A DNA stretch of 32,000 bases from Candidatus Nanopusillus sp. (GTDB taxonomy: Archaea > Nanobdellota > Nanobdellia > Nanobdellales > Nanobdellaceae): contig JAWDOO010000001.1 in the NCBI GenBank assembly GCA_046533775.1, positions 60,001-92,000 of the forward strand, in the 5' to 3' direction. Position 1 is the first letter of the stretch. Every line of letters starts with the position of its first letter. Below are positions 9,057 to 17,424 of this stretch, piece after piece. A program made the position numbers and the translations under genes. The notes beneath the pieces were generated by a model, which saw only the letters and a program-made list of their open reading frames with translations, was not told where the DNA came from and ran no database searches.

Positions 9057-9818
9057 ATGAAAAGAAGGGGTATAGATATGGCTGTACAGTTAATATTTGT
9101 AATAATAATAATGTTAGTAGTAGCAGTTATTGTAATTAAGTTATTCCAGCAACAAACATCAAAGATTAGTCAAATATCAAATACACAGATACAACAGGCA
9201 GTTTCAGATTGCTCAAGTTATTGTTCAGATCAAGTAACATTTTGTACAAAGTATGAAGACATAGGAAATGGACTTGTAGAAGTAAGTCCTGGATATTATA
9301 TTTGTTCAAATGCTGTTCCATGCAGTGTAGTATTACAATTATATGGTGGCCCTTCTAGTCAATGTCAATATCAGGGATATCCTATAACTCCTCTAGATTG
9401 TATGTATTTAGAATGTCAAAATTATATTGATAATTTATATTATGATCCATTACAAGCAACAAGTTATGTATTCGGTAACTATTCTCCTACTACATATTTT
9501 AATGCAACAACTGGACAAGTAAATATACAAATTTCTTCTCCATCTCAAATATTAAATCCAGGTCCATCACAATGCTCTGCACAATTACCAACATGGATTA
9601 CAAACCAAGTATTTGGTGCATTATTAAATATTATTAACTATTATAATACTGCAGATAATTGTAATTTGAATTTAACAGTTAATAATGAAGTATTAACAGT
9701 AACTGGAAATTGCACAGCATTGGGTATAAATAATAATGTCAATGGAATGCCATTATGTCAATTCTTATTGCAAGTACCATATTCCCAGTTGAATAATATA
9801 CCAAGTGTAACAAGCTAA
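9057..9818 (+). CDS. Cys-rich secreted protein with pilin-like (class III signal-like) N-terminus
   Basis: 253 aa. MKRRG|IDMAVQLIFVIIIMLVVAVIVI has basic residues, then Gly, then a hydrophobic helix, the canonical prepilin-like arrangement. The mature part has many Cys and NxS/T sequons and few charged residues. An alternative ATG at 9078 (MAVQL...) is preceded by aagggg. Confidence 0.5.
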   Translation: MKRRGIDMAVQLIFVIIIMLVVAVIVIKLFQQQTSKISQISNTQIQQAVSDCSSYCSDQVTFCTKYEDIGNGLVEVSPGYYICSNAVPCSVVLQLYGGPSSQCQYQGYPITPLDCMYLECQNYIDNLYYDPLQATSYVFGNYSPTTYFNATTGQVNIQISSPSQILNPGPSQCSAQLPTWITNQVFGALLNIINYYNTADNCNLNLTVNNEVLTVTGNCTALGINNNVNGMPLCQFLLQVPYSQLNNIPSVTS

Positions 9819-9822
9819 TGTA

Positions 9823-11793
9823 ATGAGTTTTTTTGAGTATTTTTATAATAATTTTAATTTAATAAAAATAAAAGCTCCTGATCCAATATATAAAAGATAT
9901 ACATTTCATTTATGGTTAAATAGACTAAATACAAATCCAGATAATATATTTTCTTCTGTAATAACTCTTATATTATTTTCTATAATTATATATTTCATTC
10001 TAAGTTTTATAAGTTTTCAATTTGCTTTTTCTTTATTAATATCATTATTAATATTATCATTTTATTTTGCATATTATCCTATATTCTATACACAAGTTGT
10101 TAGAATACAAGTAACATCAGAAATTGTATGGATAATATTATATTTATCATTATATCTAAAAAGAAACCCAAATTTGGAAAATGGAATAAAATATGTAGCA
10201 TATTATATGAAAGGCTATATTGCAACAGACTTTAAATCATTATTATATAATTTAGAAACAAATAAATTTAATGATATTGAATCTGCATTAGAATATTATC
10301 ATAGAAGATGGTTTTATCTAAGTCCAGATTTTGTATATGCAATGACACATATTGTAAATATTAAATATAAGAATTCTATTGATGATATAAATAAATTATT
10401 AGATAGAATTTTAGGATGGGTACTAAAGAAATCCCTAGAAAAATCTCAATTATATGTAGATGCCTTAAAGGAACCAGCAACAGTTATAGTATCTTTCTTA
10501 GTAATGATGCCAATAGTTAGTTTAATGATGTTACCAATAATATCTGTATTTTTATTAAATACTGTAAGTTTCTATTTCATAGCATTTTCATATATAATAA
10601 TTTTACCTGTTATTACATTTTTAATAATTCAAAACTTCTTATCAAAAAATCCATTTGCATTCTCTGTTCCAGATTTATCTTTAGCAAGAGATCTACCAAA
10701 ATCTGGAAAATTTAAAATTGGAAATAAAGAAGTTCCAGCAATAATAATTTCAATAATATTGGGATCAATTGCAATTTTTGGAATATATCATTTAATTTCC
10801 CTAGCTATAGAAATTACATTTATTCCACAAGGATTCTTAAGTGATTATTTAAATATAGTTTACCAGGATAGAGCATTAATATATTCTGTTTTAACTTTAA
10901 CATTACCTTTGGGATTAGGTTTAGGTGTAGGATCTTATTATTATTTAACATCTTTCCAAAAGGTTAAAAAAATATATCAAATTGAAGAAATAGAAAATGA
11001 ATTTCCAATTGTTGTATATGAATTCGCATCATTATTAGAAGATGGCTATCCATTTGAAATAGTAATTGAGAAGACATATTATAATTATAAAATAATAAAA
11101 TCTTCTGGAGTTATGGAAAGCTTTCTAAAAACAACACTATATAATTTGAGAAAAGGCTATGATTTAAGTACTTCTATATTCGATCCAAAAATCGGTTCAT
11201 TAAATTTATATCCATCAAAATTAGTAAGAGAATCTATGCAATTGTTAGTTACTTCTGCATCAAAAGGTCCTGAAGTTTTATCAAAAATTGCATATAATAT
11301 ATCAACAAATTTGGAAAATGTAGATAATATAAGATATAATGTAAGGAAAACATTAAATGAAATAATTGGATTAATAGATATGACATCAAGAAATTTAGTA
11401 CCATTAATTTCCGCAATAGTTACAATTTTTAATAATGGAGTAGTTTCTATGCTTTTTGCACTTGCATATTTCTTTCAATTAATAGACCAATCTTTTGGGC
11501 TTGGTGGAGGAACAAATTTATTTAATTTCATTGTAAATACATTTAATCTATATAATTTAATACCACCAACATTTTTTGAAGCAATAATTGGTATATTTTT
11601 TATAGAATATGTAATAATAACTTCATATATGAGTGCTGGAATAAAATATGGATTTGATAATATAATGACATCATATTATATAGGTAGAAATTTATTATTC
11701 GGAACAATATTTTATGTAATATTTTCAATAATAGGAATATTAATAGTATATACAGTATTTGGCCCATATTTACCAACAAATATACAATTATGA
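9823..11793 (+). CDS. Polytopic membrane protein, T2SSF/FlaJ/TadC-like pilus platform candidate
   Basis: 656 aa with about 9-10 hydrophobic spans. Two roughly 110-140-aa soluble helical segments are each followed by a TM bundle: the first runs about EIVWIILYLSLYLKRNPNLENGIKYVAYYMKGYIATDFKSLLYNLE...ALEYYHRRW...LDRILGWV, the second about IENEFPIVVYEFASLLEDGYPFEIVIEKT...LYNLRKGYDLSTSI...LVTSASKGPEVLSKIA. This is the duplicated architecture of T2SSF-domain platform proteins. Assigned by eye only. Confidence 0.5.
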   Translation: MSFFEYFYNNFNLIKIKAPDPIYKRYTFHLWLNRLNTNPDNIFSSVITLILFSIIIYFILSFISFQFAFSLLISLLILSFYFAYYPIFYTQVVRIQVTSEIVWIILYLSLYLKRNPNLENGIKYVAYYMKGYIATDFKSLLYNLETNKFNDIESALEYYHRRWFYLSPDFVYAMTHIVNIKYKNSIDDINKLLDRILGWVLKKSLEKSQLYVDALKEPATVIVSFLVMMPIVSLMMLPIISVFLLNTVSFYFIAFSYIIILPVITFLIIQNFLSKNPFAFSVPDLSLARDLPKSGKFKIGNKEVPAIIISIILGSIAIFGIYHLISLAIEITFIPQGFLSDYLNIVYQDRALIYSVLTLTLPLGLGLGVGSYYYLTSFQKVKKIYQIEEIENEFPIVVYEFASLLEDGYPFEIVIEKTYYNYKIIKSSGVMESFLKTTLYNLRKGYDLSTSIFDPKIGSLNLYPSKLVRESMQLLVTSASKGPEVLSKIAYNISTNLENVDNIRYNVRKTLNEIIGLIDMTSRNLVPLISAIVTIFNNGVVSMLFALAYFFQLIDQSFGLGGGTNLFNFIVNTFNLYNLIPPTFFEAIIGIFFIEYVIITSYMSAGIKYGFDNIMTSYYIGRNLLFGTIFYVIFSIIGILIVYTVFGPYLPTNIQL

Positions 11794-12074
11794 AATTACA
11801 ACAATCAATATATTGGATTATAATAACTTTTATATTAATTATAGCTGCTGGTCTATTTTCTTTTTATTATATTTATAAAATAAAAAATAATTTGAATGGA
11901 AATAGTATACAAACAATTAATTGCCAACAATTAGAAAATTTATATAATAAAAGCTTTTATGAAATAATTAATATTAAAGTATTTCTTAATGAAAATTGTA
12001 CAATAAATGGAATAACAATACCTGCAGGCTATAGAATTATATATATTTATAACGGAAGTATTAATTATATATGA
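11790..12074 (+). CDS. Small pilin-like protein (N-terminal hydrophobic helix)
   Basis: 94 aa. N-terminus is MKLQQSIYWIIITFILIIAAGLFSF. ATGA overlaps occur at both ends (11790, 12071). It ends in a beta-strand-like YRIIYIYNGSINYI. Confidence 0.45.
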   Translation: MKLQQSIYWIIITFILIIAAGLFSFYYIYKIKNNLNGNSIQTINCQQLENLYNKSFYEIINIKVFLNENCTINGITIPAGYRIIYIYNGSINYI

Positions 12075-12550
12075 AGAATGATATAGCAATAGATACTGTA
12101 TTTATTATAATAATAGCAATAATATCTGTTGTAGTTATATTAGATATTATTTTTACAAAATTTTTTTATAATTCTCAAGCATATTATTGTCAAACATTAA
12201 TATCACAAGGAGATTTTTCTCCATCATGTGAAAAATATTATCCTTCAGCAATAAATGTTATATATACAAATGAAAGTAATGATACAATTTATTCAGATAT
12301 AACAGGATTAATATTAAATTGCTATAATAATAATGTAAATACAAATAAATTATTTAACATATGTTATGATATTTATATAGATGAGAACATTACTCTTAGT
12401 TCATCAATATTAATTCAATATATACAAAATTATACCGCATTTAATCCAAACAATATTATATTCTATTTAAATAATAATGAAGGAAATATATATCCATACA
12501 ATAGTATATTTATAATATATAACAATAGTTATATTGTAATATGGCAATAA
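12071..12550 (+). CDS. Small pilin-like protein (N-terminal hydrophobic helix)
   Basis: 159 aa. N-terminus is MKNDIAIDTVFIIIIAIISVVVILDIIF. Contains paired Cys (ILNCY...NICYDIYI). The C-terminus is SIFIIYNNSYIVIWQ. Confidence 0.45.
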   Translation: MKNDIAIDTVFIIIIAIISVVVILDIIFTKFFYNSQAYYCQTLISQGDFSPSCEKYYPSAINVIYTNESNDTIYSDITGLILNCYNNNVNTNKLFNICYDIYIDENITLSSSILIQYIQNYTAFNPNNIIFYLNNNEGNIYPYNSIFIIYNNSYIVIWQ

Positions 12551-12954
12551 AGTCTCAAGAACTTCCAATTAATTATACCTTCTTAATAATTATAGGAATA
12601 ATTGTTACAGTAGTAATTTTAGGAATAATATTTTTATTGAAAGGAAATATAACTTCTTATATTAATAATATAATGCCAAAATATAATAATACACAAACAG
12701 TAGTAGAAACAAATGTAAGTTCAATACAAGATGTTGCAATGGATATAGTAGCATGTTATTATAAAAAAGCTCAGGGTCTTTGTTATTTAATTAATTATCA
12801 AGGAAATCCATTTACATGTCAGGATTTAATAAATAATGTAAGTAGTATAGATCCAAATGTAGTAATGCAAAATTGTAATTATAATATAAATCCGGGAGAA
12901 TATATATTAATATATTCGACAGGAAATTATGTTTATATTAATGTCCAAGGATAA
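12541..12954 (+). CDS. Small pilin-like protein (N-terminal hydrophobic helix)
   Basis: 137 aa. N-terminus is MAIKSQELPINYTFLIIIGIIVTVVILGIIFLL. The IVACYYKKAQGLCYLINY motif resembles that of the preceding ORF. The C-terminus is YILIYSTGNYVYINVQG. Confidence 0.45.
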   Translation: MAIKSQELPINYTFLIIIGIIVTVVILGIIFLLKGNITSYINNIMPKYNNTQTVVETNVSSIQDVAMDIVACYYKKAQGLCYLINYQGNPFTCQDLINNVSSIDPNVVMQNCNYNINPGEYILIYSTGNYVYINVQG

Positions 12955-12956
12955 AA

Positions 12957-13397
12957 ATGGATAAATGGCTTTGGATAATTGTAACAATTATTGCTTTTGG
13001 TTTATCTTTATATTTATATTTTAAATTTTCAAGCATAAATAATCAGACTCAATTATTATATCAAGATATATCATCTTGCCAAAATTTATATACAACAATT
13101 GAAAGCGTATGTTATTCAAACAATGGAACAGAAATTTATATTAATATTGAAATAAACAAGTATTTAAATTATATTTATGGTAATAATAGTTTATTAAGTT
13201 GTTATATATATGATGAATATTACAATTATACATTACCATGCAATATAATAATAAATACAACAAATAATATGATTCAATACTATACTTCTGGATTATTTTA
13301 TGAATTATCCTATGGAAATCCAAATGAAAAAATCCCATTACTTGTTGAAAAAACAACTCCAACAGAAGTAACAATTTATATAGAAAATCCAAGTTAA
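12957..13397 (+). CDS. Small N-terminally anchored or secreted protein
   Basis: 146 aa. N-terminus is MDKWLWIIVTIIAFGLSLYLYF. It is the last gene before the 37-nt gap at 13398-13434. Confidence 0.4.
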   Translation: MDKWLWIIVTIIAFGLSLYLYFKFSSINNQTQLLYQDISSCQNLYTTIESVCYSNNGTEIYINIEINKYLNYIYGNNSLLSCYIYDEYYNYTLPCNIIINTTNNMIQYYTSGLFYELSYGNPNEKIPLLVEKTTPTEVTIYIENPS

Positions 13398-13434
13398 AAA
13401 TTTTTAAAATTTTTTTAAGTATTATTAACTCATA

Positions 13435-14964
13435 ATGAAAAGAAATCAATTAAATTTAATTTCAGTGGCAATAATATTGATAATTATATCTTTAGCTTTT
13501 ATAATATATTATCAATATTCCATGAATGTTAAAAAACAGCAAGAAAATTTAATATTTGAAAATTTTATTAATAACTTACAAAATTTAGAAAATACAATAA
13601 ATAGTATTCAAGGTACATATTATGTAAAAGTTAATATACCAAATGGAGTTATATTATATACAAATGGTACAGAATTAATAATACAATATAACAACAATAA
13701 TTATACAATTAATTTTTACAAGAATGTAACATTATATAATAATAACAATCAAAATGTAAGTTTCCTATATCCAAACAATTATATATATCTTGTTAGTACA
13801 AATAATACTGTTTTTATCACAACAAATCTTCAAAATTCAATTACAATATTAAATGAATATTTACCAAGTGGAACTCTCGTATATGTAAGTCCAGGAAATA
13901 ATCAAAACAATAATAATCAAAATAATGGAGGAAATAACAATAATAATAATATTAATCAAAATGCTCAATGCTTATTTGAGTATACTGGACAGGCAAACTT
14001 TTTCTGGGGTAATGTAAATGGAAATAATTATTTACCTCCAATAGGAGATCAAGGAGAATGTGGAGACTGTTGGGCATTTGCATCTGCAAATGGAATTGCT
14101 TCAATATATATGATAAGAAATAATAATCCAAATGAAGGATTGCAATTATCTCCAGCATACTTAGCAATAGAATGCAATAATGGTTATCCAAATGCACCAA
14201 GCTATTGTAATAACAATATAGGTTGTAATGGTGGTTGGCCATATTCTGGTATATTATTTACATCTCAATACGGAATTCCACCTGATCCAGGATGGAACTA
14301 TTATGATTCTACTTTAGCTAACTGTTCAGAAAATAATGATCAAAGTTATCCTGGTGATGTATGTAATCAAAACTATAATGGGCCCAGCTCTCCATTATAT
14401 TATTCACAAGGTGTTATAGATCTTGAACAAAACGGACCTTTAACAGATCAACAAGTAATTCAAGATTTATTATGTTATGGGCCATTAGTTGCTGCTGGGA
14501 TGCTAGCAGGAAGTGGTGGATCAAATCCAAATATAGATCCACAGCAAATAGTATCCAGTTCCGGACATGCAATGTTATTAGTTGGCTATACTACTGGCAA
14601 TACTATATATTCTCAAATATGTCAAGAAGTATATGGAACACCAGATTGTTGGATATTTGAGAATGAATGGGGGGATAATTCAAACTGTATAGTTCTTACT
14701 ACAAGCGGAGTACCAGTATCTATACTAAGCAATCCTACTCAGTGCGGTGAACTATATCAAAATTATCAGGATTGCAATACTTATCTACAATCAGTTTTTA
14801 ACACACCAGGAATAGCATGCGGAGGTGTTTATTGGATGCAAGATGGATATTTGCTTGTACCATTTGATCAATCTCCCTATGGTTTAACATTCATTGGTAC
14901 ACCTTTTTCTGGCCAAATTTATGGAGACCTTGTAGCAATCCAAAATGTCACTATTTCACAATAA
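13435..14964 (+). CDS. Papain-family (C1) cysteine peptidase with pilin-like N-terminus and poly-Asn linker
   Basis: 509 aa. N-terminus is MKRNQLNLISVAIILIIISLAFIIYY. The C-terminal domain aligns by eye to papain. GDQGECGDCWAFASANG carries the oxyanion Gln and the catalytic Cys212 (14068-14070), with the same Q-x5-C spacing as papain NQGSCGSCWAF. Also present are LSPAYLAIEC, GCNGGWPY, SSGHAMLLVGY (His378, 14566-14568) and WIFENEWGDN (Asn-x-W). Confidence 0.85.
   Translation: MKRNQLNLISVAIILIIISLAFIIYYQYSMNVKKQQENLIFENFINNLQNLENTINSIQGTYYVKVNIPNGVILYTNGTELIIQYNNNNYTINFYKNVTLYNNNNQNVSFLYPNNYIYLVSTNNTVFITTNLQNSITILNEYLPSGTLVYVSPGNNQNNNNQNNGGNNNNNNINQNAQCLFEYTGQANFFWGNVNGNNYLPPIGDQGECGDCWAFASANGIASIYMIRNNNPNEGLQLSPAYLAIECNNGYPNAPSYCNNNIGCNGGWPYSGILFTSQYGIPPDPGWNYYDSTLANCSENNDQSYPGDVCNQNYNGPSSPLYYSQGVIDLEQNGPLTDQQVIQDLLCYGPLVAAGMLAGSGGSNPNIDPQQIVSSSGHAMLLVGYTTGNTIYSQICQEVYGTPDCWIFENEWGDNSNCIVLTTSGVPVSILSNPTQCGELYQNYQDCNTYLQSVFNTPGIACGGVYWMQDGYLLVPFDQSPYGLTFIGTPFSGQIYGDLVAIQNVTISQ
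13897..13962 (+). repeat. Asn/Gln-rich low-complexity linker (AAT/AAC/CAA-rich tract) inside the protease gene
   Basis: Encodes NNQNNNNQNNGGNNNNNNINQN, between the N-terminal roughly 150-aa domain and the papain-like domain. Confidence 0.8.
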
Positions 14965-15769
14965 ATATTTAATAGTATTATTTATTCTCTTTTTTATAAT
15001 TTTATCCTATAATATATATTCTATGAAGAATCCATTTGCAGTTTATTGTGAATATGGTGGAGGAATATATTATATAAATAGTACAGGATCTTATTGTATT
15101 GTAAATGGTACATACTTCAATGCTTTACAATATTATGAAAATGAAGTACCTCCTCAATATTCTTTTTGTGCCCATTATGGATTAATATATGTAAATAGTA
15201 GTTATTGTGAATATCCAAATGGAACATTAGTTAGTCCATATACATTAATTCCTCCATCGGCATATCAAGATTTAATTATAATTCCAAGAGTATATTGTAA
15301 TAGTTTATTAAATTGTTCAAATACTCCATGGTATTATTCACCATGTTCAAATCAAATCTATCCATGTTTTAATCCACCATATATACCACCTTCTTATTTG
15401 ATAAATAATGCTTCATATCAGACCGTATTATATGTATATAAAACAGAATATATGTGCGGATATTGTCCAGAAAACTTATCATTTGAAGGAGATTGGTTTA
15501 GATGCCCATATAACTATTCATTAGATCAATTATATCAAGAATTTTTACAACAATGTCCACCACCAAGTATTGTTTATATATCATGTACAGGTGTATTTGA
15601 ATGCATAAATCAAACTCAAATAAATGTAACAAACAATACTCAGCAATTAATTTATCCACAACCAAAAGTAAGCATTCAAAACAATAATGTTAATTTAGTT
15701 TTACCAGTAGCAATAGTAATAGTAATAATTATAATAGGCCTAGTTATTCTTTTATATTATCTAAAATGA
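14945..15769 (+). CDS. DUF333-like Cys-rich secreted protein with C-terminal TM anchor
   Basis: 274 aa. Signal-like N-terminus: MSLFHNKYLIVLFILFFIILSYNIYS. NPFAVYCEYGGGIYY...GSYCIVNGTYFNALQYYENE resembles the DUF333 (putative hemolysin, PF03891) motif NPAsvYC...GG...G.C...G...eW.yyrGeC, with a second degenerate copy (CAHYGLIYVNSSYCEYPNGT). The C-terminal helix is LVLPVAIVIVIIIIGLVILLYYLK. It overlaps the protease gene by 20 nt. Confidence 0.45.
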   Translation: MSLFHNKYLIVLFILFFIILSYNIYSMKNPFAVYCEYGGGIYYINSTGSYCIVNGTYFNALQYYENEVPPQYSFCAHYGLIYVNSSYCEYPNGTLVSPYTLIPPSAYQDLIIIPRVYCNSLLNCSNTPWYYSPCSNQIYPCFNPPYIPPSYLINNASYQTVLYVYKTEYMCGYCPENLSFEGDWFRCPYNYSLDQLYQEFLQQCPPPSIVYISCTGVFECINQTQINVTNNTQQLIYPQPKVSIQNNNVNLVLPVAIVIVIIIIGLVILLYYLK

Positions 15770-17424
15770 AAAATCAGATAAATATATTAGCATTTGTTAT
15801 TATTATTTCAATAATAATTTTATTAGTTCTTTTAGTTTATCTTTTATCAACCAGTTATAGTTCTAAAATAACACAAACATATAATGTAGAAAATCAATAT
15901 ACATTAACAATTCAAAATAGCATTGATTTATTACCTTATATCTATGATAATAAAGTTAATTTATCTTATGCATTTTTATTATCATATTTTTCATCTTCTG
16001 GAAATGATACATATTGTATAAATCAAAATATATGTACAAACATATCGGAAGATTTAATAAATTATTTTGATAGTATATATGGAAATAGATGGAACTTAAC
16101 AATATATTTCCTTCCTCCTGTAACTGGATGGATTGTTCAGATGTTTATAATGGGTGGTAATCTTGGAAATTGGGATCCATGTTCAATGAATCCCCCTCCA
16201 GATCCTGATGGTACACAATGGTATGAGTGGAATTATACATATTTCTTTGTAAATAATTATACAGAAAATATTAATCTACCAAATGTATATAATCCATTTT
16301 CTAATACGCCAATACAGCAGACCTTATATGGAGCAGGATGGGTAAATGCAACAGCACCATTTCATCAATCTCGATCGATAAGTTCGTGGGGATTACCAAC
16401 ATTATATAATGGAATGACCCAATCTCTAGCTGTACAAACTGGTTTCTGTACACCATTAACAAAAATATTTCCAAATTATAATTTTACAGAAGCCTCTGTA
16501 TATTGTCCTCAAGGTGAATGGAATTTATTTCCAAATTATGTAGGTGGAGGTGGTACTCCAGCGCAACCTACCTATTATTTACCCTCTTTCTTTTCTGGAT
16601 ATTTATGTATTTTTGCTGGATCTTGTCCTGTGACTAATAATATATATTTAACATCTATACCATATTATTATCAAAGCCCTCCTATTTATAAAACTGCTAC
16701 TGATATAAATAGATTAGCAGAATTTATAATCCCACAACAATATTTAGATGATATATGCCAAGAAGAATTTCATACAAGCTATTCAGGTCCTTCCCAGCAA
16801 TGTGGAGGTCAAGAAATGATTGTTGGAGCATTTTATAGAGGTGTAGTAAATATACCACCAAATTGCCAACAAGTATTTATAGATTATCCATGGCATGAAG
16901 TAATAAGATTGTATATCTCATTTTTGAATAAAAGTGGAGAACCTGATTATGTATTTTTAGCAGCAGATCCTTTCTGTGAATATAATTTAAATGGAGAAAT
17001 AATAGATTGCCCAACTGGTGTATTTGATAGTATACAAAATGTAAGTGGAATTATTGTTGGAAAAGAATGTCCTCTAGTTTATTTAGGAAATATTAATATA
17101 AATAGTGAAGGATTTTATAGATTTAATATTACTCAATGGGTAATAGATGATAGAGATCCAAATACAAATCAGTTTATAATTTCTGGAGTATATTATGATC
17201 CTCATCCTGGAGGAAATGGTATTGCAATGGCAAGAGTATATTGTATTACAAATACTGGAAATGTTGAAGAACTAAATTCATATATTTATGAAGGTAGTGG
17301 AGAATCAATGAGTCTAGGATACCCAATACCCCCAAATATAAATATATATGTTTCTTATATATATTTACCAATGGATATACCATTCCTAGGCGGATATCTA
17401 GTTGCTAAATTAACGGTATGGTAA
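15766..17424 (+). CDS. Large secreted protein with pilin-like N-terminus, no recognisable domain
   Basis: 552 aa. N-terminus is MKNQINILAFVIIISIIILLVLLVYLL. It has many Cys, Pro, Tyr and sequons. ATGA overlap at 15766. Confidence 0.5.
   Translation: MKNQINILAFVIIISIIILLVLLVYLLSTSYSSKITQTYNVENQYTLTIQNSIDLLPYIYDNKVNLSYAFLLSYFSSSGNDTYCINQNICTNISEDLINYFDSIYGNRWNLTIYFLPPVTGWIVQMFIMGGNLGNWDPCSMNPPPDPDGTQWYEWNYTYFFVNNYTENINLPNVYNPFSNTPIQQTLYGAGWVNATAPFHQSRSISSWGLPTLYNGMTQSLAVQTGFCTPLTKIFPNYNFTEASVYCPQGEWNLFPNYVGGGGTPAQPTYYLPSFFSGYLCIFAGSCPVTNNIYLTSIPYYYQSPPIYKTATDINRLAEFIIPQQYLDDICQEEFHTSYSGPSQQCGGQEMIVGAFYRGVVNIPPNCQQVFIDYPWHEVIRLYISFLNKSGEPDYVFLAADPFCEYNLNGEIIDCPTGVFDSIQNVSGIIVGKECPLVYLGNININSEGFYRFNITQWVIDDRDPNTNQFIISGVYYDPHPGGNGIAMARVYCITNTGNVEELNSYIYEGSGESMSLGYPIPPNINIYVSYIYLPMDIPFLGGYLVAKLTVW

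Noticed and set aside
13897-13962. The AAT/AAC-rich tract as a phase-variable simple-sequence repeat
   Set aside because: The tract is imperfect, being interrupted by caa, gga and att codons. In-frame Asn runs are common in AT-rich genomes, so it is more simply a low-complexity linker.
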